From NCBI RefSeq assembly GCF_028641065.1, contig NC_073415.1, positions 8,804,001-8,868,000 on the forward strand: 64,000 nt of DNA. Reading direction: 5' to 3'. The notes under the pieces are model-generated. The model searched no databases. It worked only from the letters and a program-made list of their open reading frames with translations, and had not been told where the DNA came from. This stretch comes from Leucoraja erinacea. Lineage: Eukaryota. Shown piece after piece: positions 1-19,550 of this stretch. Position 1 is the first letter of the stretch. The number at the start of each line of letters is the position of its first letter. Made by a program: the position numbers and the translations under genes.

Positions 1-176
1 CCAATTCTTTATATGTTAATTATTGATGGAATTGATTAAATGTTTGTTGGAATAACCCGACCCATGCTGGATGGGCAGAATGGTGGCCTGAAGTGTACTT
101 TTCTATGATTCCATTCAAATGAATTGAGCATTCCTTGGCCAGGCATGAGTACAACATTGTCTGCATTTTTTTTCAG

Positions 177-3100
177 AAGCCTGGGATTCTGGGTGAATCT
201 CCTTTAGCAGCTTTACAACAAAACCCAGGACTTGGAGGACCACCACAACCAGGAAAAGGACTTCTTGGTAATTCGCCGTCAGGTATCTTTAAGTTTTGGA
301 AACCATGCCGAGTACTTTATTTACTACCTTATCCAACTGTGTTGCCAGCCCAAAGTCCTTCTGCACATCATAATTCTTGAGTTCCCCACACTTTACTGTA
401 CATGTCCTATATATTATATAGTCCCAGTATCCATCCTTGCAGTAAACTAGTTCCAGACATCCAGACATAAACATCCATCAACTGCTCCCTTCTGCCTCTT
501 ATCACCAAATCAACTTTGCTCTTTAATTAAGTATTGCCATAAAATCATTAACTTGCTTATTGCCCAAGCAAAATAATGAGGGGCCAAGCCAATGTCACTG
601 ACAACTCAAAATTGTGGCTCGGTGGTGAACCAAAGCAGACAAGTTAGCTCATGAATCACTGGCTTGACAGATGTCTTTCAGTAGCCGCTTTCCTGTAGTT
701 CAGTGTTAATTATTTCACAGTAACTTTCATCTGGCATCACCTTCTCCAGAGTGGGTCAAAGAGCAAGATCCGTGTGGCATCACGCAGCTGAACAGACCAT
801 AAATGAAGGACCCAATGCATATGGCGGAAACGGTCTCCCAATGTCATGGGCCACTGGAGATATTCTGCTCCATTCAAGATGACATGATAATGGAGGATTT
901 GGAAGACCTTTTTTGTCTAAGCTTTCCATATGCCATTTAATAATTTGTAAAGTTTATAGCCAATGTTATCCAATAATTGGATTGATTTTTTAATGACTAG
1001 AATCAATGCAATATATTTTTAACCTTTTTAATTTTTCCCATGTTATTCAAATACCAGAAAAATAAATGCTTTGGCCAATAAGCCAACTGGATTGATGGTC
1101 CTCAGCCTATCTTCACCAGTGACTGTTTTTGAGCAGTCTGTCTTTACCCCTTCGTCTTCAGTTTCTCTCTCTCTCTCTCTAACTCTCTCTCTCTCTCTGA
1201 GGGCCTGTCCTTAAGTTGAGAACTTCTAGAAACTCCAGGCTGTGAGGTAAAAGGTTCTTTGGCAACCCATTTGTCCATTCTAGAGAACTTTTTATTGTGA
1301 TTTTAGACTCCGAGGACTTTCCCTTTTAGAAGAGTGAATTGTAGAAGTAGCTTATCTGTAATATTATTTAAAGTTGACACAGTGTCCCTCTTTGGATTAT
1401 GTTATTGAAGAATTACTTATAGGTTTAATTAAGGTTCCAGTCAGAATTTTAATTACATTATTTTCTGATCTTTTATTATTTATCGCCTTTGCAGGACTGA
1501 ATTCTGAAAGGGGACATCTGAATCAACCTATGATGCCAATGCCAAACCAACAATATCATGGACAAATGTCGGCAGATGCGATGGGCATGATGGAGAATCC
1601 ATCTCACTCTCGGCAAGTCTCCTCACCTCCAGCTTCTCTGCAAGGAATCCCCACCTCCATCCTGGGTTCTGTCCTCAATGATTTGAAGAAACAAAGGAAC
1701 CAGAATATGTCTCAAGAGGCTGGCTTGGCTACATCAGGGGTGAGATATGGATTTAATCAGATGGTTATACCTCCATTTAGTTTGGCTTAGAGATACGTGC
1801 TGTGTTATGGATTGTAGATTATGGAAGTTTATTCCTGCAGGGTCAATTTATTCTTAAACAAATGCTTGGAAAGTGATTATCCTAGAAGAGTGCTTGCAAT
1901 ACAAATACGAACCGATGCCTTCGATTAATTTAAACCTCTTCCTCTTATCTTTTGGATTGTGATCTGTACCATAACTGATTGAAAGAAAAGTCTGTTCAAG
2001 TTCTGAAAAGTACTGTAAAGTACTGTTCAAACTGCACTTTACAGTACTTTTCTGAAGTACTGTAATATCTGAAGTACAGAATATCTGAAGTACTGTTCAA
2101 ACTGCACTTCAGATATTCTGTTCCTAATTATGGGTAACGATAGAAAGATTGTTCGACAAGAAACAGTGCAGAAGAGAGTCACAAATGGGAATACAAGTCT
2201 GAAGAAGGGTCTCGACTCGAAACGTCGCCGATTCCTTCTCTACAGAGATGCTGCCTTTCCTGCTGAGTTACACCAACGTTTTATGTCTATATTGGGAATA
2301 TAAGTGTCTGCCTTGTGCAGTGTTAATTGTAAGCAGTATGGTTTAATGAACACTCATTCCTGTAAAACTAAAGTTCAACTTATTTGATCAATTGCAAGAA
2401 GCAAAATGCTGGAGGAACTCTTTAGGTCAGGCAGCATTTTGGATTGGGACGTATCTTTGATCTATGTCTCCCTTCCGTGACCAATGTTTTGGATATCTGA
2501 GCTAGAAGTCAGATTGCAGATACATTTTGCTTGACAACATTTGTGTGAAGCACTATGATGTTTTTACTGTGTTAACTGTGCTATGGAATTGGTTGTGGCA
2601 GAGAAAGATTTGCAAATATGATTAATTGAAACTTGTATCACTCTGGAATGCAATAGGGAATGGAAGAACATTTATTAGACTGAAGATAATACTATTTTTG
2701 TTAACAAGCATTGATGAGTTTAGTGGTGTAGTTGATCCTGTCTTGCCACCGGCTTGAATAACACCAAATTTCTGTTGCAGCCATCTCTGTTGGGAGAGCC
2801 ACCAAAAGATCTGCGAATGCCTCAAAATCCATACCTCAATCTACGAAGTGTGTTCCCAACTAATCTGTCTGGTATGGAGCAATGTAAGGTTTATTTTACT
2901 TATGTTCAAAGTGCAAAGGATGGGGAAAGTGTGGTTAAAAAGGTTGGCTGTTGCTTTTTGTTCTGTGAAAGGCTCTGCAAAGAAAGTATTGCTGATGAGT
3001 CCTGTACCTTTCCTTTTGGTTTTCTCTTACATACTCTATATCCCTAAAGAGACTCCCTTGAACCCCCTTGCCTATACCTGCCCTATACTACATCGAAACT

Positions 3101-6100
3101 ATTTATTGGCTTTAACATTGATAATGCTCTCCTCTTCAACAGCCAACACCAGTAATTCAATGTCCTATGGGCACAGTACTGGTCTTCTGGGAAACTACCC
3201 AAGCTCCAGCCCCAGAATTCATCATGGATCTGGCATCGGTGATTATCCGGAGACTGGAGGCAGTCAGTCGAGTTACGGCAGCATGGAAAACTATGATAAT
3301 TACAACCATTCTTACAGGGACTATGGGCAGGTATGTCTTTGTTGGCAGGGTGTTGGATTTTAGCATAATTAGGTATTGCCATTTGCCATTGAACCTTTTT
3401 TTTATACTAAATTATAATTTGCTGTGGCTAATAAGCATGCGCAAATATATTTAGTTGTTGAATGGACAGAATATTGTCCATTCAACAACTACTTATCTGT
3501 GTAATCTCTCTACAGCTAATTCCGAAACGGGAAATGTTATTACATACAGGCAAGAGTTTTAATTGCATTAGACAACGGTGGGGAGTGGAAACTGCTTAAA
3601 TTGGATTTGAGCATGCGTTGCTAAAAATATATAATCTACAACTTTTATGCAAGGAAGTACTTCATTGCACAGATAATGTTAAATCAAAGTCCTATGTGTC
3701 TACTCGGGTGGGTTTTAAAGACCTGTGGTTCTATTTGAATCAAAACAAAAAGGTTCTCAAAAGTTAAAGCCAATTTTATTCGTCACATGCACCCAAGGGT
3801 GCAGTGAAATACACTGAATCTTAGCTTCTTGTCCAATATCTGCCTTTCAACTAACAACACTTAAGAGTGGAGTCGGTTCCTCACGTGCATAATCACTGAA
3901 ATACTGGAAGGTCTCAGTTTCTTGTTCTGTTGGATTTCCATCGATCTCTATTGGAACATCTTGCTGCTGGTGCTAGAGGGGAGTAAACCTTAACGGTTGC
4001 AACTCTAACCAAAATGTTGCATGCACTTAGCGAAACTAAGCATATTTAGAGTGAACTGTCTAATTTTATCGTGGCAGGAAAGAGAAAGGGATATGGACCA
4101 TTATACGGCATCAGGTGATCCGAGATATCGAGGATATGCCCGTGACAGGAGTGAGGTAAATATTACAAAAAATAGATTTTATTCGCTCCTAGACTGTGGA
4201 ACAACATCCCCCTTCCATCAGAACTGCCCCCTCCATCGACTCCTTTAAGTCAAGACTAAAATCTTATCTATACTCCCAAGCCTTTCCTGAGCGAGGGTTA
4301 TATGTATATATGTATGTTGTTTGTTTGTCTATACTATTCTTATAACAAATGTAAAGCACTTTGGCCAACGAGTTGTTTTTTAAATGTGCTATATAAATAA
4401 ATGTGACTTGACTTGACTAGAGCATGAGTGCGGATTCGAGGATTAGCAGTTTGACCTATGAATCCGTTAAATGTCTTTTTGAGATTGATTATAATAGCCA
4501 ACTGAATTAGAGACGAGCAAATAAATGTAAGGAGAGAAGAATTTGACAAAGTGTTCCTATTGTGAAGACCGTTTGACTGAATTTTGTTTCTGTTTAGGAT
4601 AGAGAGCTGGAGAGATACTCAAGGTCCCGTGACCATGGCATGGGAGGCATGCGAAGCTACGGACGTGATCATAGTGATGTGAGTATTATAAAGGAAATGC
4701 CCGATTCGAAACGAGCTTCCCAGATAATGTACTAACCTAATGCACAGCAATGAATTATGAAAACTATGCCTATGTGTAGAAACAAACTCCAGATGCTGGT
4801 TTGTTTCGAAGATAGACACGAAATGTTGAAGTAACTCAATGGGTCGGGTAGCTTCTCTGGAGAATAAAGGATGGGTTTCGGTTCGGAGTTCTTCTTCAGA
4901 CCCTTTGCCTACTTTTGCTGCTGATTCCTATCAATGGAAGTGGTTGGGTAACGCCTCAGCTACACTGAGTTAAGAAAGGTTGCTAGCAGTCAGGTATTCC
5001 CAATTATGACTGACAGAGAGGCAAACAATGTATGGTGTTGATAGGGGTACAATAGATGTTTGAATAACTTGTGTATAATGGCCAGTTGGACATTATTTAG
5101 ATTGACCCAACAAGGAGCCGATGTATTAAGAAGGGGAATTATTTGGGAATGTATCTAATCAACGCTTTATTTGTAGGAAAGGGAGATGGAGCGATATCAA
5201 CTTCCACTTGACTCTGGACTTGGAGGTTATGAATCTGACCAAAATCAGGTAAAGATTAGCCTAAAGAACCTTTCAAATGTTTAAAGGATTAGTTTTAAAA
5301 TACTCATCGGCCATTGAGCTTTGTGTCTTGACAGGACCTGGCATGATTAGGGTTGTTAATTAAGGAAACATAATGGTATGTTCTTGTTTTGGCACAGAGC
5401 TACGGAGTGTTTAAATTAGTTAGCCGACACTATTAAATGCGCAATGTAAAGCTGTACAAGCCTGCCAGAGGTCAACCTGTGGGTTATTGGCTCTGTTTGG
5501 AGGAGCCCACAGGAGTGGTTCATCAAGTTATCTTTGTCCACTTACAAATGAGGGTAAAGTGTGAGGATTGGAGGGCTTTTGACCTAAGTTCCCCGCCTAG
5601 TAGCTTTGAGTGTAGGTCTGCGCAAAATGAGATTATATTTGGCTACTATGGTGGCCATGGTCAGAGAGCCTACCAGTATAAACTGTCCAGATTGTATATG
5701 GATGGCTTCAAAGTTGAGCCATTAAAGAGAGACAAATGCAGTTGTGTGACTGTTGGTTATGCTCCTTATAGGTGGGAGAATATGAAGTAGTAAATGTTAG
5801 ATGCATTTTCAACTTCTCTGAAGTTGTGCATGATCTTAAATTAATTAAATGTTGAATGAGTTATCTCTGTTGATAGTGAAGGATTGTTAATTTTTTTAAT
5901 TTTTTTTTTATAGCGATCAACTCCAAATCATTGTGGCTACAATGATTTGGAATCAGCTACACCTCAACTGTACTCCAGCTCGCCCACATCCTATTTCACT
6001 AGTGGCCTAAGAGCGGGACTCCGACAGGGCCCCTCCTCCCAGGTAGAACACCAATAATAGAAGATGCATCACTATGCATAGTCAGGCTGTTGTGAAGTGC

Positions 6101-7833
6101 AATATTTTGTCAATGACACAGTAGGTTAAATGATAGTCCATACTATAAATTGCTACGATTCCCTGAAGGATTCATACCCAACTTGACTAGAGACGTTCAT
6201 GGCGGGTGGGGGTTGTCACAGTTCAATATACAAAGTAAGTTGCATCTCAAGTCAGTCAGGGGAGAAGTTGGGGCTTTTACATCCCTCAAATGTCTATGCT
6301 TCAGTTAATTACTTTGTGGGACAAAGATCGGCGAAATGATATTACATGTCCTTGGCAATGCCATCGAGCAGGTCCTTCCCACAATAAATAACCTGCTCTT
6401 TGATGCCAGGTTTTTTATTTCACTTGTGAATTTCAGAGATGAGAGTGACTGGCAGCTTTTAATCAATGCAGCTTTTAATCAAGTGTGGATTGGGAGCACC
6501 CAGTCATGTCTCGCACAAATATGGTGGCCCTGCTATACACAAGATTAAGCATCTTGGTCTCAGGATTACATGGCAAAAAGTTGCCCAATGCATTGCCCCG
6601 AGCCAAGTCTTTGGGATACTTGCTGCTAATGGTGAAAAGTTCAATCTCATTTGTAACTCATCAGTATAGCAGACTATGCTGGCATGCAGCAAGACCTAGG
6701 CAATATTTGGGTATGAGCTGATATCTGACAAATCGCATTCATGTCACAAACCGCTTCTCATCCTGCTGCACTCCAAAGAGTCTCAGCTTACTCAACATCT
6801 GCCTATAGCTTAGACCCTCGAGTCCTGGCAACACCCTCGTAATGTTTGTTCCTTTAACACGAACAAATCTAATGACTGAGGTTTATATTCTATCTTCAGG
6901 CTGGCTAATAATTTAGAGAAATAAGGTGTGTTTTGCATTGAGGGCAGAAGCTTTCACATGCTTATTAAAAGGAATAGATGTCCAATGTTTAATGTTTTTC
7001 TTACTGTTTAATTAATTGTAGATATGTTCCCCTTGTCCTGTTGCAGGTGAACCCACTGCTGAGCTCCGGGGCAGGCCTCTTGGGTGCTCGGCCCTCTAAC
7101 TCCCCACCAGGCGCCCTGCTGAAGGTGACACTCGCTTTTTGACCTGCTTCTATCTATTTGCATTTTATGTTGGAAACGTGCCAATGCAAACTGCATTGTG
7201 GCCACGGAGTATTTCTCAAATGTCGTGACCTTATGTATGTTGAACGTATGATTAATTTTTGATGGCACTGGGCCTATACTCGCTAGAAAGATAAGGGGCG
7301 ACCTCATTGAAACTTACTGAATAGTGAAAGACCTGGATAGTGAGGATGTTTCCACTAGTGGGGGAGTCTAGGACCAGTGGTCATAGCCTCAGAATAAAAT
7401 TACGTACCTTTAGAAAGGAGATGAGGAGGAATGTCTGCAGTCAGAGGCGAGAGAATCAGTGGCATTCATTGCCACAGAAGGCTGTGGGCGCCATGTTAAT
7501 GGATATTTTTACGGAATAGATTCTTGATTAGTATGGGTGTCATGGGTTACGGGGGGAAAGCAGGAGAATGGGCTTGAAAGGGAAAGGTATATCATTCATG
7601 TTTAAATGGCGGAGTAGACTTGATGGGCCGAATGGCCTAATTCTACTCCTGCAACTTATTAACTTGTGAACTTGATTATTTCGCAGACTCCACTGATCGG
7701 TCACAAGCGGGGTGCCTCTCATCTGATCCCATCACCTGAGCCCAGCCCAGAGGGAGGTTACATCGGCCAGCACTCCCAGGGGCTGGGCGGCCACTACGCC
7801 GACTCTTACTTGAAGAGGAAGAGGATATTTTAG
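177..7833 (+). CDS. RAVER1: RAVER1 (ribonucleoprotein PTB-binding 1), 3' portion; 5' exons lie upstream of the window
   Basis: Phase-consistent GT-AG exons: 177-282, 1495-1739, 2781-2871, 3143-3330, 4078-4155, 4598-4678, 5177-5248, 5914-6042, 7047-7124, 7687-7833 (TAG). They encode [46 protein letters not shown] and the C-terminus [34 protein letters not shown], which matches the RAVER1 C-terminus and NLS as recalled. Confidence 0.93.
1164..1198. repeat. (TC)n microsatellite in a RAVER1 intron
   Basis: Interrupted tctctc run seen directly. Confidence 0.9.
2005..2121. repeat. Two adjacent perfect inverted repeats (17-bp and 16-bp stems) sharing the same 14-nt loop
   Basis: Arms 2005-2021/2036-2052 and 2076-2091/2106-2121; the loop is ACTGTTCAAACTGC in both. 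Confidence 0.9.
2196..2290 (+). mobile_element. Penelope-derived short unit (family A) with hammerhead-like core
   Basis: agtctgaagaagggtctcgactcgaaacgtcgcc...gatgctgcc...ctgagttac; the same unit recurs more than 20 times in the window. Confidence 0.75.
7265..7660 (+). mobile_element. CR1/HER1-type LINE 3' fragment
   Basis: Degenerate ORF2 C-terminus (RGDLIETY...[10 protein letters not shown]) plus the 3' UTR gatgggccgaatggcctaattct shared with other copies. Confidence 0.8.
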
Positions 7834-9298
7834 CTGGGGACCTGGCGTTTCCATCTAGAATGATGCAGTTATTTTTTTTTCTTAAGGGTGTAAATCTTGT
7901 ATAGATATTTTTAATCTGTCATTTTTGTTTTCTTTAATGTTTTGGGGGAAGGGGACTATCTTGTATCTGAAGTGGGATATGCATAAAGCTAGAACTTGCA
8001 GAACTGACTGAATCATGGCCCTGCAGCACTAGGAATGGCAGCTCCACGATGACCCAGTGTGGGCTTGCAGACAAACCTGCTCTGGGTCAGCAAGGGAGGA
8101 AACAGTGAGGTGAAGTTCACCGTACCTGTCTCCCGTCAACAACAACATGGTCGTGAAGACCTGTCAATGTGACAGATGAGTAAACATCTCAACCGTGCAT
8201 GTAGTATGTATGTTCTCTCTGCAAATTTAAAACTGCGAAATACCATATCTACCTTGCAACAATATCCACTGTGACAGACAAACCTCATTTGACCCTGTCT
8301 CTGTGAAAGTGGCCACATCGTGTGTGGTGCTGCAGCAGCAAAATGTGCACTTTATATGTCAACATTTTAACCGAGTATTTTACTTCAAAGCCCGGGATTG
8401 TAAGCTGTAATTTCTCTTTCGTAATTTACAGTACTGTTTGGTTTAAGTGTTTCCCAGGAAGTGGAATTCTTTTCGTGAGTTTTTTCCCTTTGTTTCAATT
8501 AGTCCGCCCCACAAATTTTGGCTTTTAAGGCTTGTCGTGACTCTGTCTGGTCTGAATTCCGGTCCTTGTGCATACCCCTAACATCTATGGATTTATTTTT
8601 GGTGTTTTTCCTAATTTTTCATTTCATTCTGTGAATCAACTTTTGCCTTAATTTACAAATTATTTTTAATCCAATTTTTAGGGAATTATTTGCAGTGAAA
8701 GGGTTACATGCTCATCCTTTTTAACGTTTTAAAAAAAAAGACTGAGTGGTAGGGGTAACTTATTTTCGTCCTTGCCGTTTCATTTGGCGCATGCCTTTGT
8801 GCCTGTGTTGGTTTCTTGTTACCGCAAGTTTGTTCTGCAAATATTTTATGTTAAGTTTCTGATGTCGGCTAATTCGTGGTCCTTTTATGTTGAGCATTGC
8901 CCTGTGAGGCTTGGGCAGAAACCCTAAACTAGCAAATATGGGACCCTAGCGTAAATGTAAATAAGAAATAGTTTCAGCTTCTCAGATACTGGCTCCAGGT
9001 TAAAGCTGCAGAAACTAGTAACCAGCTGTGCCGCTCTATGTTTTCCAGTAAACAGGCCTGTTTTGTCTGAAGCTTGCAGCGGAATATCTCTTCTCCTATA
9101 GTGCCCCTCTGGGAGTTGCAAATTAATTGGTTCCACTCAGCATTTGTTTAATTTGCTTAATTTCAGCACAACAGAATTTAAATCCTCTCGGCTTCCTTGA
9201 GAGCCCGGTGTACAGTGAGAGTTACGGAAACGATGATTTTCATCTGCAGGAACTTATTATCTTTCTCCTGCCCCCAAACCCCTTCCCCCAACCCCCCC

Positions 9299-9329
<31 letters not shown>

Positions 9330-9478
9330 AATGAATGCTGGCAATGGTTAAGGGCTGAGAAATCTTTGTGTGCCATTAGTTCAGGGAAGGGTGGGGATTG
9401 CAGAAACTACAAAATGTAGGCCCAAAAAAAGTTCTGATGGTACTTAAATTGCGTGCGAAAAAACGCTTATTATGAATT

Positions 9479-9484
9479 AATAAA
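9479..9484 (+). terminator. Probable RAVER1 polyadenylation signal (AATAAA), giving a 3' UTR of about 1.65 kb
   Basis: First clear AATAAA seen after a repeat-free, U-rich 3' UTR downstream of the stop at 7833. Confidence 0.55.
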
Positions 9485-10589
9485 GACCTTTGTACCTACC
9501 TAGTCTGATATTGTTGCACCAAGTCCAACAACATATTTACTTTGTGCTTTGACTCTAACTTCATCATATTACTGCAGTGACTTTGTGCAATTACATCAGG
9601 CAAGGCTCTAGAACAGCCAAACTATCAGATTCACTCTGATAAAGTCCTAATTCCCTGCCATTGTGAGGGTTTATTGCAATGAAGAGTGGGTATCCCAACA
9701 TCAACAAGGTGTTGCAGCTTCTCTTCAATGAAATGCTGGAGAGCAATTCTGGATACCAGCCCTAAGTATCTCTTTCCCCCCCCTCCGTCCCCTCCTCTCT
9801 GCCAATTGTGACCCCCTAGCTTGATTCTCCCACTTTAGATGGAGATCAAGCTTCTGACTGCCTTGGTTCTTCTTCAAAGGGCAATGGTTGATGTTGACTC
9901 TTGAGTCATGGTGATTCACCAGTAGTTTGGCCTTAAACTGCAAGTGAATGGGTTTGGTGTCGGATGACCCCAGTTAAATTGCTTGCCCCAAGGCTCCTGG
10001 TTGCGCTTGGAGGGAATGGCCGCGGCACTCCTAAGAAATAAGGAGAGGAATAAAACAGGTGACTTCAATGTGTGCAGCATGGATCTGGAATAAATATAAA
10101 GGACACGTTCCTTTTAATACATCTGTAGCATCATGGGGACAAATGTTGTCTGTTTAGCCCTTTGGCCATGCACAGATGGAGGAGAAATTCAATGTCCTGC
10201 TATCTTCATCACGTGCAGTAAAACTGAGCATGTGGGGAGGAGATAACAGCAGATGGGAGCCCAGATCTGGAGGGTTACATTCCTTTTGTTCAGGTACATC
10301 TGAACATCCAGCTTCTGAGAGATGTAAGAAATAATTAATGGGTCTGAAAGGATGATAGTGTCTTAATCATTTGACCTATGTTTAGCTGCATAATTAGTTA
10401 GAAAACAAATGCAATTTCAAGTATGGAGAGTATACGTTACATCTCTAATAAAATTGAAATTTTCTCATGTGTTGAATGGTCATTTAATCTTTAAAAATGA
10501 ATATTCAGTTGGTCCTACATATGATGTAAAGACCAAATGTTCGAAACTTTACATGTGCTTTTTGCTTCCTATAAGCAGCTTTATTTCCT

Positions 10590-11170
10590 AATACATTTCT
10601 GGCAACGTGTTCACTCTGTTGCTTATAATAGTGTGCAAGACTCCCACAATCAATAAGCTTAGGTATATTATTACATGTCCCCAAGGTACAGAGAAAGCTT
10701 CGATTTGCATGATAGCCATATGTATCCCATACAAAGATACAATCAGTTCAAATTCAAGTATAATAGATACAGTAGAAAGAAGGTACAAGATATAGTTCTC
10801 AGCATTGTCACCCACCTGTTCCTTAGATTGATCAATGTCCTCAAGCGAATAGAGGTGAATGGAACAGTAGCCGACCTTATGTATTCAGATAACGGAAAGA
10901 AGCTGTTCCTGAGTCTGGTGGTGTGCACTATCGGCACCTTCTGCCAGATTGGACCAGGTAGAAGAAGGAATGATCAGGATGGGACAAGTCTTAGTTTAGT
11001 CCTTTTTCTTACGTGTACCGAGGGACTGAATAGCTTTTGCCCGTTTGCTATCTAGCCAAAATAAAGAATACAATCAAGCCCTGCACGGATAAGGGGCACA
11101 ACATTTAGTGCATGATATAACGTTAAAGTCCATAAAGTCTGATTAAAGATAGTTTAAAGTCTTTGCCTGA
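10590..11170 (-). mobile_element. Degenerate Rex1/Babar-type LINE 3' fragments
   Basis: The minus-strand peptide HTTRLRNSFFP resembles the C-terminal motif of the cleaner copy at 27.1-27.7 kb. Boundaries approximate. Confidence 0.55.
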
Positions 11171-11483
11171 GTTGTGGTGACGAGTCAGGTATGAAATTGT
11201 CTTGTTGCATCCCTGATGACTTTTTAAAGGTGGTACCTACGTTTCCTGTGCAGTTTTGGATCAACTGACTTGAACATCTGAGACTTGGTCTTCACCTTGA
11301 TATATGTCCTTGTTTGTGGCTGTGCAACAACCAGGATTGATGCCATTGTCATGGACCAAGATCACATAGTCTGTCTTGCAGCATGAAACAGATCCTGTGA
11401 CCCAACTTTGCCCACACTGGCCAACATGTCCCATCTACACGTGTTCCACTTGCCTGCATTTGGCCCATGCCCATCTAAACCTG

Positions 11484-11992
11484 AAGATAGACACAAAATA
11501 ATGGAATAACTCAGTGGGACAGGCAGCATCTCTGGAGAGAAGGAATTAGTTAGTTTCACGTTGAGGTCTCAAGAAGACTTTCCTTCCCTTCAGAGGTGGC
11601 ATGGAATCAAGTCATTCCTCCAGTCTGCAAGGGGAACATGAAGGAAGGAACTGCAGATGATAGGAGGAGATTTTATAGCGGGGAGGTGGGGGTGAAGAAT
11701 GATCTAGACCCGAAACGCCACCCATTTCTTCTCTCCAGAGATGCTGCCTGTCCCGCTGAGTTACTCCAGCATTTTGTGTCATAGAAACAAAAAAATAGAT
11801 GCAGGAGTAGGTTATTCGGCCCGTCGAGCCAGCACCGCCATTCAATATGATCATGGCTGATCATCTAAAACCAGTCTGAAGAAGGGTTTCGGCCCGAAAC
11901 GTTGCCTATTTCCTTCGCTCCATTGATGCTGCTGCACCCGCTGAGTTTCTCCAGCATTTTTGTGTCCCTTCGATTTTCCAGCATCTGCAGTT
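11484..11992. mobile_element. Cluster of Penelope-derived units (inverted family A pair, plus family B copy at 11873-11992) interleaved with a CR1 tail
   Basis: gacacaaaat..ggagtaactcag..gcagcatctctggag and its reverse complement; intact core ctgaagaagggtttcggcccgaaacgtt at 11876-11903. Confidence 0.75.
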
Positions 11993-12410
11993 CATAGAAA
12001 CATAGAAATTAGGTGCAGGAGTAGGCCATTCGGCCCTTCGAGCCTGCACTGCCATTCAATATGATCATGGCTGATCATCCAACTCAGTATCCCGTACCTG
12101 CCTTCTCTCATACCCCCTGATCCCCTTGGCCACAAGGGCCACATCTAACTCCCTCTTAAATATAGCCAATGAACTGGCCTCAACTACCCTCTGTGGCAGA
12201 GAGTTCCAGAGATTCACCACTCTCTGCGTGAAAAAAGTTCTTCTCATCTCGGTTTTAAAGGATTTCCCCTTTATCCTTAAGCTGTGACCCCTTGTCCTGG
12301 ACTTCCCCAACATCGGGAACAATCTTCCTGCATCTAGCCTGTCCAACCCCTTAAGAATTTTGTAAGTTTCTATAAGATCCCCTCTCAATCTTCTAAATTC
12401 TAGAGAGTAT
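11993..12410 (-). mobile_element. Young CR1/HER1-type LINE 3' end
   Basis: ORF 12065-12433(-) [24 protein letters not shown]...TRGHSLRIKG...FFTQRVVNLWNSLP is a typical CR1 ORF2 C-terminus, followed by a 3' UTR and a ttctatg repeat tail. Confidence 0.9.
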
Positions 12411-12669
12411 GTGTTGAACACATCTAAAACCAATTTAACCCATATCCCTTGAATCCTTTCGCCCTAAGAGCGAAATCTATTTCCTGAAAACATCCAGTGA
12501 CTTGGCCTCCACTAATATCTGCGGCAGAGAATCCCACCTGTGTTGATCCTCCCCATGGGAACTTTGGCAACAGTTGATGTCGGCAGACCAACCTCCCCTT
12601 TAAGAGGCCGGGCCGGGCCGGCGGCGACGTGCCCTTTAAGAGGCCGGGCCGGGCCCGCGTCGCGCTGTC

Positions 12670-19550
<6,881 letters not shown>

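Noticed and set aside
5437-5790. 117-aa ATG-initiated ORF in a RAVER1 intron
   Set aside because: No recognisable domain, splice context or promoter; its length is within chance expectation.
9291-9330. Poly-C then poly-A run encoding PPPP-KKK
   Set aside because: Simple homopolymers in the RAVER1 3' UTR with unreliable length.
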